A stretch of 64,000 bases of DNA, from the NCBI GenBank assembly GCA_963829245.1, contig CAWHIM010000042.1:2703-66702 (forward strand), in the 5' to 3' direction. The notes beneath the pieces were generated by a model, which saw only the letters and a list, made by a program, of their open reading frames with translations, was not told the origin of the DNA and did no database searches. Positions 19,070 to 28,918 of the stretch are shown here, piece after piece (the first letter of the stretch is position 1; every line of letters begins with the position of its first letter). Made by a program: the position numbers and the translations under genes. Source of the stretch: an uncultured bacterium. Its GTDB lineage: Bacteria > Desulfobacterota > Deferrimicrobia > Deferrimicrobiales > Deferrimicrobiaceae.

Positions 19070-20524
19070 CCCTTCACGTTGCCCACCGGGAGCAGGCGGA
19101 CCACCCGCCGGCTGAGCCCCGCGCGCTCCGTGGCCGAGACGACGTCGTCGACGTTCTTGTAGGCGGGGCCCGCCTCCTCGGCGAGGCCGGACCAGCTCGC
19201 CGTCCGTACGTAGATCCCCCGTGCCTCCATCTGCTCCTGGAGCTGGCGCCCGCGGTACCGTTTTCTGGCCGCCGTCCGGCTCATCGCCCGCCCGCTGCCG
19301 TGCGCGGTGGTGAAAAACGTGCAATCGCCGGTGTCGACTCCCGCCAGCAGGTACGATCCGGTCTCCATGCTTCCGCCGAGGATCACCGGCTGGCCCGTCT
19401 TCCGATAGATATCGGGAAGCCCCGGCATCCCGGGACCGAACGCCCGGGTCGCCCCCTTCCGGTGGACGAGCAGTTCCCGCGGTTTCCCCTCGAAGACGTG
19501 CCTCTCGAGCTTGGCCGTGTTGTGCGAGACGTCGTAGACCTGGCGCATCCCGAGGTCCTTCGGATCTTTCCCGAACACCTCGGAGAATACCTCGCGGATC
19601 CGGTGGAGGATGACCTGCCGGTTGGCGAAGGACATGTTGACGGCGCACTTCATCGCGGCGAAGTAGTCCTGCCCCTCAGGAGAGAGGAAAGGGGCGCACG
19701 CCAGCTCCCGATCGGGGACATGGATGCCGTACTTGCCCCGCATCGCCGCGACGAAGACCCGGAGGTAATCGGTCGCCACCTGATGGCCGAACCCCCGGCT
19801 GCCGCAGTGGAACATCACGACCACCTGGTCGGGGAGGACGATGCCGAAGATTCCCGCGGTTTCCCGATCGAATACGTTTTCGGCCCTGGCGACCTGGATC
19901 TCCAGGTAGTGGTTTCCCGACCCCAAGGTGCCGATCTGCCGGTACCCCCGGTCGACCGCTTTCTCGCTCACCCGCGATGCGTCGGCGCCGGGAAGGCACC
20001 CCCCTTCCTCGGTGCGCTCGAGATCCTCCTTCCAGCCGATACCCGCGCTTCACCGCCCACCGGGCCCCCTGTTCCACGGCATCGCGGAACTCGTCCCGGG
20101 AGAGCCGTACGGTTCCCTCGGCGCCCACGCCGGCGGGAACGCGCCCGGCCACGCGGTCCACGAGGTTCCGGAGGCGCGGCTGGACCTCCCCGTACGTCAG
20201 GTTCGTGAGGCAGAGCCGCATCCCGCAGTTGATGTCGAAGCCGATTCCGCCGGGGGAGATCACCCCGTGATCGGGGTCCATCGCGGCGAGGCCGCCGATG
20301 GGGAAACCGTATCCCCAGTGGCCATCGGGCATGCAGCAGGCGTACCCCACGATGCCGGGGAGGGTGGCGACGTTCGTGATCTGTTCGAAGACGCCGTCGT
20401 CGAACTCCGAAAGGAGCGGCTCCGTGGCGAAGATGCGGGCCGGTACGAGCATTCCCGCCTTGTGGGAGACGGGGATCTCCCAGACCGTATCGGAAATCCG
20501 CCGGATATCCTTCGGCACGGTCAC
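19066..20524 (-). CDS. rtcB: RNA-splicing ligase RtcB, frameshift(s) between ~19680-19970
   Basis: RtcB motifs (..GYACCMPDGHWGYGFPIGG.., ..GSRGFGHQVATDYL.., ..HNTAKLE..); GTG start after GGGGGAGG. Confidence 0.8.
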
Positions 20525-20571
20525 GGCGCGCCTCCCCCCGTCGGTATCTCCCTTGATTATATCGCGAGGCG

Positions 20572-21465
20572 TTACGCGACGGGTTCCCTCCGCAGCAGCT
20601 CCTTCCCGACCCAGTGGCCGGCGAACTGGTAAGCGATGCGGCCGCTCCGGTCCCCCTTCCGCTGGGACCACAGGATCGCCTCGTCCCGCGCGTCCTTGGT
20701 CCACGGGAGGCGTGCGCCGTGTTTTTCGCACATCTTCTCCACCCAGCGCCGGACCACCTCGACGTACAGGTCCTGCGAGAACGGGTGGAAGGCGACCCAG
20801 ATTCCGAACCGTCCCGAGAGGGAGATCTTCTCCTCCACGGCCTCCCCGTGGTGGATCTCCCCATCTGCCATCATCGCGCCGCGGTTGTCGCTCTCGTACT
20901 CGGGGACCAGGTGCCTTCGGTTGGAGGTCACATAGATCAGGACGTTTTCCGGCGGCGCGTACACCGAGCCGTCGAGGGCGCTCTTCAGCATCTTGTAGCT
21001 CGACTCCCCCGTTTCGAAGGAGAGGTCGTCGGAGAAGAGGAGGAATTTGTAGGGGAGCCCCTTCACTTCGTCCACGATGGAGGGAAGGTGGACGAGGTCG
21101 TCCTTGTCCACCTGTATGATCCGAAGCCCCCGGGGGGCGTACGCATGGAGGAGCGCCCGCACGAGCGACGATTTCCCGGTGCCGCGCGAACCCCAAAGGA
21201 GGATGTTGTTCGCGGGGAGGCCGGCGAGGAATTGCCGGGTGTTCTCCTCCACCACCCTTTTCTGGTCCTCGATGCCGAGCAGATCCTCCAGGTGAAGGTT
21301 CTCGACGTCTCCGATCGGCTCGAGGTACCCCGAGAAGGAGCGCTTCCGCCAGTTCGCGGCGACGCACTCCTCCCAGTCGATCCGGGGCACGGGGCGCGGC
21401 AGCAACGTCTCAAGGGAGGAAAGCACCCGTTTCAGCTGCGCGGTCAGTTCCGGGTCCAGTTCCAT
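20572..21465 (-). CDS. DUF815-type P-loop ATPase
   Basis: Walker A GSRGTGKSS; AAGGAGAT RBS; directly upstream of rtcB. Confidence 0.7.
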   Translation of the reverse strand: MELDPELTAQLKRVLSSLETLLPRPVPRIDWEECVAANWRKRSFSGYLEPIGDVENLHLEDLLGIEDQKRVVEENTRQFLAGLPANNILLWGSRGTGKSSLVRALLHAYAPRGLRIIQVDKDDLVHLPSIVDEVKGLPYKFLLFSDDLSFETGESSYKMLKSALDGSVYAPPENVLIYVTSNRRHLVPEYESDNRGAMMADGEIHHGEAVEEKISLSGRFGIWVAFHPFSQDLYVEVVRRWVEKMCEKHGARLPWTKDARDEAILWSQRKGDRSGRIAYQFAGHWVGKELLRREPVA

Positions 21466-21494
21466 GTCATCTCCTTATAGGGTCCTCCCGCCAC

Positions 21495-21590
21495 GTCGCC
21501 TCGGAGGGCGGGGCTCCGTTCGTGGCTCGCCGTGCGATGAACCTGCACGGCTGCGCTTTACCTCACTGCGCCCCCCCTCCTGCGGCGACT
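21495..21590. repeat. ~100-bp structured element, copy A (inverted copy at 60108-60199)
   Basis: Near-identical to the reverse complement of 60108-60199; contains hairpins CCGTGC-N9-GCACGG and CGGAG-N7-CTCCG. Confidence 0.6.
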
Positions 21591-21656
21591 CCGCTGAATC
21601 CTCCCGTCGCGTGCGCCTTCCGTGCTGTCTTGCCGATATGCTACCGTATTTATGAA

Positions 21657-22532
21657 TTATGACCCCGTGAACAGGGGCGATTTCCGGACGAGGTCTCCGG
21701 CGAGGGAGTGAAGTTCCTCACGGAGGCTCCCATCGAGCGCCTGCAGCCACCTTTGCGGGATCGCGGCGAGCCCGTACCTGGCGCCCGCGATCGCGCCGGC
21801 GATGGACCCCGTCGTGTCCGCGTCGCCCCCCCGGTTCACCGTTTTCACGATGCAATCCTCGAAGTTGTCCGTGGAGAAGAAGGCGTCGAATACCGTCCGA
21901 AGCGTGTCCACCACGTAGGCGGACGAATTGCCCTCATACCCCTCGAAGCGGAACTCCGGGTGCCGGGAGGCCAATTCTTCCGCCGCCGCCCGCAGCTCGC
22001 GCAGCGGCGCGCCGAGAAGGCCCCGCTGGATCAACGTTCCCACCGACGCGCACGCCGCATCGGACAGAGGGTGGTGGTGGGTGATGCGCGCCTGCTCGAT
22101 CGCGAGGCGGGAGAGAAGTTTCTCGTTCCCGAGCGTGTAGAGCGCGACCGGAGCGACCCGCATCGCCGCGCCGTTTCCCGCCCCCCGCTCGTCGAGGGGC
22201 GCTTCAAGCCGCCCTTTTTCCATGTACTCCTCGATCCCCCGACGGCAGGTGGCCCCCACGTCGGCGGGATCCCCCGACAGCCAATGGGCAAACCGTTCCG
22301 CGATCGGCGCGAGATCCCACCGTTCCGATCGGACGATCCCCCTGGCGATGCAAAGCGTCATTTCCGTGTCGTCGGTGACCTGTCCCGGCGGCAACTTCAA
22401 CCAGCCCCCGCCGACGATCTCCCGGAGGACGCCGAACCGGTCCCGGATCTGCGCCGGCGTCATGAACTCGGTCGTGGCGCCCAGTGCGTCCCCCACGGCG
22501 CCGCCCAGAAGGGCGGCGCGCGCCCGGTCCAC
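21657..22532 (-). CDS. draG: ADP-ribosyl-[dinitrogen reductase] glycohydrolase DraG
   Basis: DraG-specific blocks GATCRRGIEEYME..GAGNGAAMR, ARITHHHPLSDAAC, VNRGGDADTTGSIAGAIAGARYG. Confidence 0.8.
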   Translation of the reverse strand: MDRARAALLGGAVGDALGATTEFMTPAQIRDRFGVLREIVGGGWLKLPPGQVTDDTEMTLCIARGIVRSERWDLAPIAERFAHWLSGDPADVGATCRRGIEEYMEKGRLEAPLDERGAGNGAAMRVAPVALYTLGNEKLLSRLAIEQARITHHHPLSDAACASVGTLIQRGLLGAPLRELRAAAEELASRHPEFRFEGYEGNSSAYVVDTLRTVFDAFFSTDNFEDCIVKTVNRGGDADTTGSIAGAIAGARYGLAAIPQRWLQALDGSLREELHSLAGDLVRKSPLFTGS

Positions 22533-22569
22533 GATCCCGGCCGCGCCGGGGGGGCTTTCCTTCGCGGAT

Positions 22570-23365
22570 TCAATAGCTCCTCACGGTCACTTCGAAATCC
22601 CCGCCGATCACCATCGCCTCCTCCTCGCCCCTGGGAAGGACGCCCGGGAGGAGGTCCGAGCGGAAGAAGATCTTGGCGGCGGGGACGTCGGCATCGAAGA
22701 CGTTATCCCCCGAACTGCCACGCGTGCTCGATCCGGGAAGAGAAGGAGTTGAGGTTGTTCAACCGGACCACGGCGCGGTTCCCTCCGGGGTTCTCGAGAA
22801 CCCGATAATCCGCGAGGTTGCGGACTCCCCGGTACAAGGTGAAGGAGAGGACTCCCGGATGCCGCCGTCGCAGTTCGTCCTGGACGAACTCGTAGAGAAG
22901 GTCGAACTGCGCCTCCACGGCGTTCGTCCGAGCGCTTTCCCGCATCCGCTCGGCGAGGTAGAGGAGGTACTCCCTCGAATCGATCCCCTCGATCCGGCCG
23001 GCATGGAAGACCGGGGGAAGGCCGAAGCGGCTCTCCACCCATCCTTTCAGCACCGCCCCCTCCGCCGAACTCGCGTCGAGCATCCATCCGCGGAGGAACC
23101 GGAGGTAACTGTTCCGGAGCGACCGGCGGCCGAGGGGGGTCGTTTCCCGCCGCCATTTTTCGGTTTGAAAGACCAGGTCGATGTAGTCCCGGAAGCACCG
23201 TTGCCGCCCCGCGGGGTCGGCGAGGCGTTCAAGACGGGAGAAAAAGGATTGGTGGGCGCGTCGGACCCCCTGGATCTCGAGAGGGAGGGGGTGCCGGTTG
23301 AAGCGGGACGACGCGATCACCCAGGGGGGTTGGTCGCAACGGTTTACCGGAAGGGTATCGGTGCC
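22570..23365 (-). CDS. draT: NAD+--dinitrogen-reductase ADP-ribosyltransferase DraT (frameshift near 22700)
   Basis: DraT blocks RSLRNSYLRFLRGW, VEGAVLKGWVESRFGL, LYEFVQDELRRRHP, LNNLNSFSS; C-terminal ~45 aa (..EEEAMVIGGDFEVTVRSY) continue in another frame. Confidence 0.75.
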
Positions 23366-23496
23366 CATCCGCTCATGATACCACCGGGAACGGAGGACCT
23401 TGTTTGCATCGTTCCGGCGGTTCGGTGCGGCCCTTGGACCTTTGGTATTCATGTATATTGATTCCTGGCGGCAATACCGGCGGGACGGTGATTTCG

Positions 23497-24750
23497 ATGC
23501 GCCCTGTTCTTCCCACGATCCTGCGGGTGGTTCTGCTCTCCTTCCTGCTCCTGTCCTCGGGAGCGATCCTCTACGTGACCGCGTTCAATGCGCAAACGGT
23601 CCGTTCCCTCGCCGAACGGTCTCTCGAAAGCACGGCGCTGGCGATTTCCGCTTCCGCGGAAAGCGCCCTCCGGACGGGTGGAGATCGCCTCGATCCCCGG
23701 ATCCGCGAAATCCTGTCCGACCGGGTTGTCGCCTACGCGTTGATCGCCCGGGGGGACGGGACGGTCCTGTTCCACACCAACACCAGGCTGGTCGGCCGCG
23801 TCCTGAAGGAAGACGGACTGCAGTCCTGGATGCGGAGCGGCCGGCCGTACGGGCGAAGGTTGACGCTGGGAACCGGATTGCCGGCCTACGAGTACAATTA
23901 CATCCTTCACCGCCCTGACGGCGGGGCGGAACTTCTTCGACTGGTGATTCATACGGCGAAGGCGGATCTCCTTCTTGAGGGTGTTCGGCGGATGTGGTGG
24001 ACGGTCGGGGTGGTTGTCGTTTTTCTGTGGAGCGTCGGTGTCGCCCTGGAACGGACCCTGACCCGCCATGTACGGCTCCAGGAGGAGGCGGGCCGGCGGG
24101 AGCGGTTGGCGCTCATAGGGCAGATGACCGCCACGTTGTCGCACGAGATCCGGAATGCTCTCGGAAGCGTCAAGGGGTACACCCAGTGGGTGGATGAAAA
24201 GTTCGATCCTTCGGATCCCAGGAAACAGGGGCTTGCGTTCGCCTTGAAGGGGACGGAGCGGATCGAGTCCCTTGTGAACGAGCTTCTTCTTTATGCCCGG
24301 CAGGAAAGCTTCGACATCGAACCGGTGGACCCTCCTCGGCTGATCGAGCCCCTGGTCAGGGAGGAAACCTCCGGGTGGGCCGGAACCGTCGAAACGGATT
24401 TCGGAGATACCGGCCGCGTGATGGCCGATCCGGAGAAGCTGCGACGGGTCCTGTCCAACGGCATACGGAACGCGATACAGGCGATGGGAGGGGGAGGCGC
24501 CTTGAAGATTTCCGCAAGCACCGATGGGCGGACCGTCCGGATCCGGATCGAGGACACGGGCCCGGGGATCCCCGAGTCGGAGCGGGAGCGCCTGTTCAGC
24601 CCGTTCCACACGACCAAGACCGATGGAACGGGCTTGGGGTTGGCTTATTCGCGAAAGGTGATTGAAGGGTTGCACGGCCGTATCGAACTCCGCAACCGGG
24701 AGGGCCGGAGCGGAGCCGTTCTTGAAATCCTCCTCCCGAAGGAAAGGTGA
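23497..24750 (+). CDS. sensor histidine kinase (two TM helices, HisKA + HATPase)
   Basis: H-box LSHEIRNAL, G-boxes DTGPGI and GTGLGL. Confidence 0.8.
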   Translation: MRPVLPTILRVVLLSFLLLSSGAILYVTAFNAQTVRSLAERSLESTALAISASAESALRTGGDRLDPRIREILSDRVVAYALIARGDGTVLFHTNTRLVGRVLKEDGLQSWMRSGRPYGRRLTLGTGLPAYEYNYILHRPDGGAELLRLVIHTAKADLLLEGVRRMWWTVGVVVVFLWSVGVALERTLTRHVRLQEEAGRRERLALIGQMTATLSHEIRNALGSVKGYTQWVDEKFDPSDPRKQGLAFALKGTERIESLVNELLLYARQESFDIEPVDPPRLIEPLVREETSGWAGTVETDFGDTGRVMADPEKLRRVLSNGIRNAIQAMGGGGALKISASTDGRTVRIRIEDTGPGIPESERERLFSPFHTTKTDGTGLGLAYSRKVIEGLHGRIELRNREGRSGAVLEILLPKER

Positions 24751-24757
24751 CGCCGCC

Positions 24758-26086
24758 ATGCCGAAAACCATCCTGGTCGTAGACGACGACGAGATGATGC
24801 GCTCGTTCCTCTCCACCATTCTCAGGGAGGAGGGATACGTGGTGGAGGAGGCGGGGAGCGGGAAGCAGGCGCTGGAGAACCTCCATCGCTCGGAGTTCGA
24901 CCTGGTCGTCACGGACCTCCGGATGCCGGACCTCTCCGGAGTGGAAGTGATCCGTGAAGGCCGGAAGGTACGCCCCGATGCCCGATGGATCATCGTGACG
25001 GCGTACGGTTCGATCGGCAGTGCGGTGGAAGCGATGCAGGGCGGCGCATCCGATTATCTGACGAAACCGTTCCGGGACCCCGATGAGTTGCGCCACGTCG
25101 TTCGACGTGTGTTGAGGGAAGCCGAAGCGGAAACGAGGATCTCGCTCCTCTCGGAGGAAATCGGAAGTCGGTTCCCTCCGGTCGAGATGATTTTTCTCGG
25201 GGAGGGAATGGCGGAGGTCCACCGGTTGGTCCGGGAAGTCGCCCCGACGACCGCCACCGTCCTCGTTACGGGCCAAAGCGGTACGGGAAAGGAGTTGGTC
25301 GCCCGGGTGATCCACGCCCTCAGCCCAAGGAAGGAGAAGCCGTTTGTGGCGATCCACTGCTCCGCGTTGGCGGAAGCCCTTCTTGAGAGCGAACTGTTCG
25401 GTCATGAACGAGGGGCTTTTACCGGCGCCGCCGGGACCAGGAAAGGCAGGTTTGAGCTTGGGGATGGCGGAACGATCTTCCTGGACGAGATCGGTGACAT
25501 CTCCCCCGTGGTGCAGGTGAAACTCCTGCGAGTGCTCCAGGAAAGGTGCTTCGAGCGTGTCGGAGGGGCGCGGTCCATTGCAGTGGATGTCCGCATCGTG
25601 GCGGCGACCCACCGGAACCTCAAGGCGGAAGTCGCCGCCGGGCGTTTCCGGGAGGATCTGTATTACCGGCTCAATGTGTTCCCGGTCGAACTCCCGCCGC
25701 TCTCCGAACGCAGGGAGACCATCGTACTGCTGGCGGAGTTTTTCGCCGGGAAGTTCGCCGCTGCTTTCGGGAAGAAGGTCACGGGGTTCTCCCCGGATGC
25801 GACCCGTGCCCTCCGCCAATACGCATGGCCGGGAAACGTCCGGGAACTGCAGAACGTGATCGAGCGGGCTGTGATCCTGGCTTCCGGGGAGATCGACCTC
25901 CGGCATCTGAAACTGGATCTTGCCGTGGAAACCCCCGTCGAGGGTGAAGGGACATTGCGGACGAACGAGCGGGAGACGATCCGGAAGGTTCTTGCGGACA
26001 CCGCCGGAAACCGCACGCAGGCAGCCCGGATCCTCGGCATTTCACTTCGAACCCTCCAGTATCGGATCAAGGAATACGGCCTGTAG
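24758..26086 (+). CDS. sigma54-dependent response regulator (NtrC family)
   Basis: Receiver domain (VVDDDE..D), AAA+ sigma54-activator domain with GAFTGA motif, C-terminal Fis-type HTH. Confidence 0.9.
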   Translation: MPKTILVVDDDEMMRSFLSTILREEGYVVEEAGSGKQALENLHRSEFDLVVTDLRMPDLSGVEVIREGRKVRPDARWIIVTAYGSIGSAVEAMQGGASDYLTKPFRDPDELRHVVRRVLREAEAETRISLLSEEIGSRFPPVEMIFLGEGMAEVHRLVREVAPTTATVLVTGQSGTGKELVARVIHALSPRKEKPFVAIHCSALAEALLESELFGHERGAFTGAAGTRKGRFELGDGGTIFLDEIGDISPVVQVKLLRVLQERCFERVGGARSIAVDVRIVAATHRNLKAEVAAGRFREDLYYRLNVFPVELPPLSERRETIVLLAEFFAGKFAAAFGKKVTGFSPDATRALRQYAWPGNVRELQNVIERAVILASGEIDLRHLKLDLAVETPVEGEGTLRTNERETIRKVLADTAGNRTQAARILGISLRTLQYRIKEYGL

Positions 26087-26200
26087 AGGGTGCACGTTTT
26101 GCGCGGCGGCACGCAACGGCTGCGCATCCGGGCGTCGAAGGATCGCAGTACATGATTTGTAAGTCCTTGCATCTAGAGGTGTTCATGAAGTGAAAAGAAA

Positions 26201-26216
26201 TGGCATCGTCCTTGCT
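26201..26216 (+). promoter_or_regulatory. sigma54 (-24/-12) promoter TGGCAT-N5-TTGCT
   Basis: GG at 26202-26203 and GC at 26214-26215 with canonical spacing, ~40 nt upstream of the RBS/start of the secreted-protein gene at 26259. Confidence 0.6.
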
Positions 26217-26258
26217 CCTTCCTCGGGCAGCAGTCAACATTCGAAGGAGGTAAGGAAG

Positions 26259-26570
26259 ATGAAGACAAAGCTTGGCGCGGCGATTCTGACGGGGGTGTTT
26301 CTGGTCACTTCGGCGATCACGGTCATGGCCGCGGGGCCGGCAGGCAGAGGCAGCATGAGTGGGACGGCGCTCCGGACAGGAAGCCGGTCCCAGACCATGA
26401 ACGGGGTCCAGATGCGGCAGCGGCTGCGCGACGGGTCTTGCCTCGACCCGTCGAAGGCAGGCGCCGCTGGAAAAACGATGAAGAGGGGGAACACCTATGG
26501 CCCTGGCGATGGAACGGGACCGTATCTTCCGAAGGACGGGACCGGATTCGGTGCTCCTTCGAACCGGTGA
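26259..26570 (+). CDS. small secreted protein of unknown function
   Basis: AGGAGG RBS, signal peptide MKTKLGAAILTGVFLVTSAITVMA, Gly/Arg-rich mature part. Confidence 0.5.
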   Translation: MKTKLGAAILTGVFLVTSAITVMAAGPAGRGSMSGTALRTGSRSQTMNGVQMRQRLRDGSCLDPSKAGAAGKTMKRGNTYGPGDGTGPYLPKDGTGFGAPSNR

Positions 26571-26577
26571 AACGGGT

Positions 26578-27129
26578 GTGGCGGGAAGGAGCGGGGCGGC
26601 GGGAGCCGTCCTGCTCCTGTTCCTCGCGGCCCTGGTGTCGTTCTCTTACTTTCCGGCGGCGGCGCACGCCGCGGAATCCGGGACGATCCTGGAAGGAAGC
26701 GGGATCCATTACCCGGGGGGTTTCGACCCCAACACTACCGGCGAGATCCGGGGGAGGGCATCCGGGCTTACCATTCCGAAGGAGGGGCCTGTACGCTTCC
26801 GACTGGACACCGGGCAGGAGAATTACACCGTCCTCGCATCCCCTCCTTGGTATTGGAAGGACCTTGGGATCAATCTTCCCGACGGATCCGAGGTTCTGGT
26901 CCGTGGCTCGAAGACTCTCGGCAAGGATATGAATCTCTACGTCATCGCACAGGAAATTCGCCTCCTTTCCTCGAGAAAATCCTGGACCCTGCGGGACGAG
27001 GATGGGTTTCCGCACTGGAAAGGGCAGGGGGGTGCGGGGAGCGGGAACGGCACGGGGGGAATCTCCCCCATGCGGCGCGGCGGAGGCGGCGGGGGCGGCG
27101 GAACGGGCGGCGGCGGTCGGCGGAGGTAA
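26578..27129 (+). CDS. secreted protein with Gly-rich C-terminus (start uncertain)
   Basis: Signal-peptide-like LLLFLAALVSFSYFPAAAHA then a globular part; GTG start inferred. Confidence 0.4.
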   Translation: MAGRSGAAGAVLLLFLAALVSFSYFPAAAHAAESGTILEGSGIHYPGGFDPNTTGEIRGRASGLTIPKEGPVRFRLDTGQENYTVLASPPWYWKDLGINLPDGSEVLVRGSKTLGKDMNLYVIAQEIRLLSSRKSWTLRDEDGFPHWKGQGGAGSGNGTGGISPMRRGGGGGGGGTGGGGRRR

Positions 27130-27163
27130 GGCGACATCGGAATACGATCAAGGAGCTCCCAGG

Positions 27164-28036
27164 ATGCGAAGATCTTTGTCTTTCATCATACGGGTGTTAG
27201 CGGGGACGGCTCTTCTTTCGCCCGGGAATGTTTCCGCCGGATGGGAAACCGGGGCGAAGGCGGGGTTCGAAACGAACGTCAATCGATCGGTCGTCGACGG
27301 GGAGAGCGATACCTACCTTCTTGGGTACGGAGCGTATCTCCGGCGGGGGGATGGCGAGCATCGGCTGGACTGGACGTTTTCGGCCGTGTTCGAAGGGGTT
27401 GCGTACGCCAAGGCGGACGGCATGGATTACGGCTCGGTGTCGTTGGCGCCGGGTGCGATCTACGTCGTACGCCCCGGGTGGACCGTCAACATCTCACCGT
27501 TTCTTCAGGCGAAAACGGTGCGAGACACGGATCAGTCTTCCTGGGCGTTCGGAGCCAGGGCGGATCTCCGGCAGGAATTCCTGGAGAAACTGTATCTGGG
27601 CGAATTCCTCTCCTATACCGACAGCCGGGCCAATGCGGATACCTATTCCTACAGGGAAGTCGCAACCGGGGCCCTCTTCGGAGTGAACTGGACCTCGGCA
27701 ACGTTCACCGAAATCGGATATCGGTATTCCCATGGGGATTCCTTCCTTTCCGTGGGGACCGATTCATCCTCTTCGGGGGGCGGCGGCGGGGGCGGTGCGG
27801 GTTCCGGCGGCGGGGGCCCCGGGTTCCAGGGTGGGACGGACCGCCGCTATTCATCGACGTTCGGGAACGAGGTCGTGAAGGATCTCGTGGACACCCATTC
27901 GGTTGAGATCTCGGCGGGGATCGACTGGACCCGCTCGGTTTTTTCCGTCGCGAGCTTCGCCTGGCAGGCAACGCGAGGAGACGTCGGGACAGCGAGGAGC
28001 CGGTCCGGATATGCGGGAATAGGGTACCGTTTCTGA
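27164..28036 (+). CDS. putative outer-membrane beta-barrel protein
   Basis: Signal peptide, alternating amphipathic beta-strand pattern, terminal ..IGYRF; internal Gly-rich loop. Confidence 0.5.
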   Translation: MRRSLSFIIRVLAGTALLSPGNVSAGWETGAKAGFETNVNRSVVDGESDTYLLGYGAYLRRGDGEHRLDWTFSAVFEGVAYAKADGMDYGSVSLAPGAIYVVRPGWTVNISPFLQAKTVRDTDQSSWAFGARADLRQEFLEKLYLGEFLSYTDSRANADTYSYREVATGALFGVNWTSATFTEIGYRYSHGDSFLSVGTDSSSSGGGGGGGAGSGGGGPGFQGGTDRRYSSTFGNEVVKDLVDTHSVEISAGIDWTRSVFSVASFAWQATRGDVGTARSRSGYAGIGYRF

Positions 28037-28074
28037 CGGATCGCCCGCGGGGTTCCCGGTGACCGGGGCGCGGC

Positions 28075-28918
28075 CTACTTCACCGCTCCCATCGTGAAGC
28101 CGGCGACGAACCGGTCCAGGAAGAAGGTGTAGACCACGGCCACCGGGAGGCTGGCGATCAGCGCCCCGGCCATGAGCGGCCCCCACTGGAACACGTCGCC
28201 GCGGACAAGTTCCTCCGGGACTCCGATGGATACGGTCTTCTTCAACGACATGGAAATGAAGGTCAGCGCGTAGATGAACTCGTGCATCGAGAGGGTGAAG
28301 GCGAACACCACGACCGTCAGGATCCCCGAGATCGAAAGCGGCAGTACGACCTTCCACATCGCCCCGAACCGGCTCAATCCGTCGATCATCGCCTGCTCCT
28401 CGATGTCCTTCGGGATCGTCTTGAAGAACCCCATCAGCAGCCACGTGCAGAAGGGGATCGTGAAGGTCGGGTAGACGAGGATCAGGGACCAGAGCGACTC
28501 CTGAAGCCCCAGGAAGGCGGTGAAGCGCGACAGAGGGATGAACAGGATCGTCGGAGGAACGAGGTACGTGAGGAAGATCCCGATCCCGAGCATCTCTCCC
28601 CAACCCCGCGCCCACCGGGCCAGGGCGTACGCCGCCGGCACGGCGACGATCAGCGTGATGACGACGACCACGAGGCCGACCGCCAGCGTGTTCCAGAGGT
28701 ACGTGAGGTAGTGGGTCTGGAAGAGGAGCAGTCTTCAGGTGGTCCAGCGTGGCCGGTTCGTTGAAGAGGAACGGGTTGTTCAACGGGGTGAAGAGGTCGT
28801 GATCCGTCTTGAACGTCGCGATCACCATCCAGTAGAAGGGGAAGGCGCAGAAGAAGACGAACATCCCCAGCAGCGTGTACAGCCCTCCGCGGCTTGCGAG
28901 CTTCCTGATGTTCGGCAT
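28075..28918 (-). CDS. carbohydrate ABC transporter permease (MalG/UgpE-like), frameshifted
   Basis: EAA-loop region and 6-TM pattern; N-terminus MPNIRKLASRGGLYTLLGMF.. is in a different frame. Confidence 0.7.

Noticed and set aside
21466-21656. Possible tRNA or small RNA gene in the draG-DUF815 spacer
   Set aside because: No cloverleaf-compatible structure or conserved T-arm/anticodon features; the region is instead a copy of the ~100-bp repeat also found at 60108-60199
22570-23365. DarT/DarG-like toxin-antitoxin interpretation of the ART/ARH pair
   Set aside because: Extended motif identity to DraT and DraG proper; the hydrolase is ARH-family, not macrodomain
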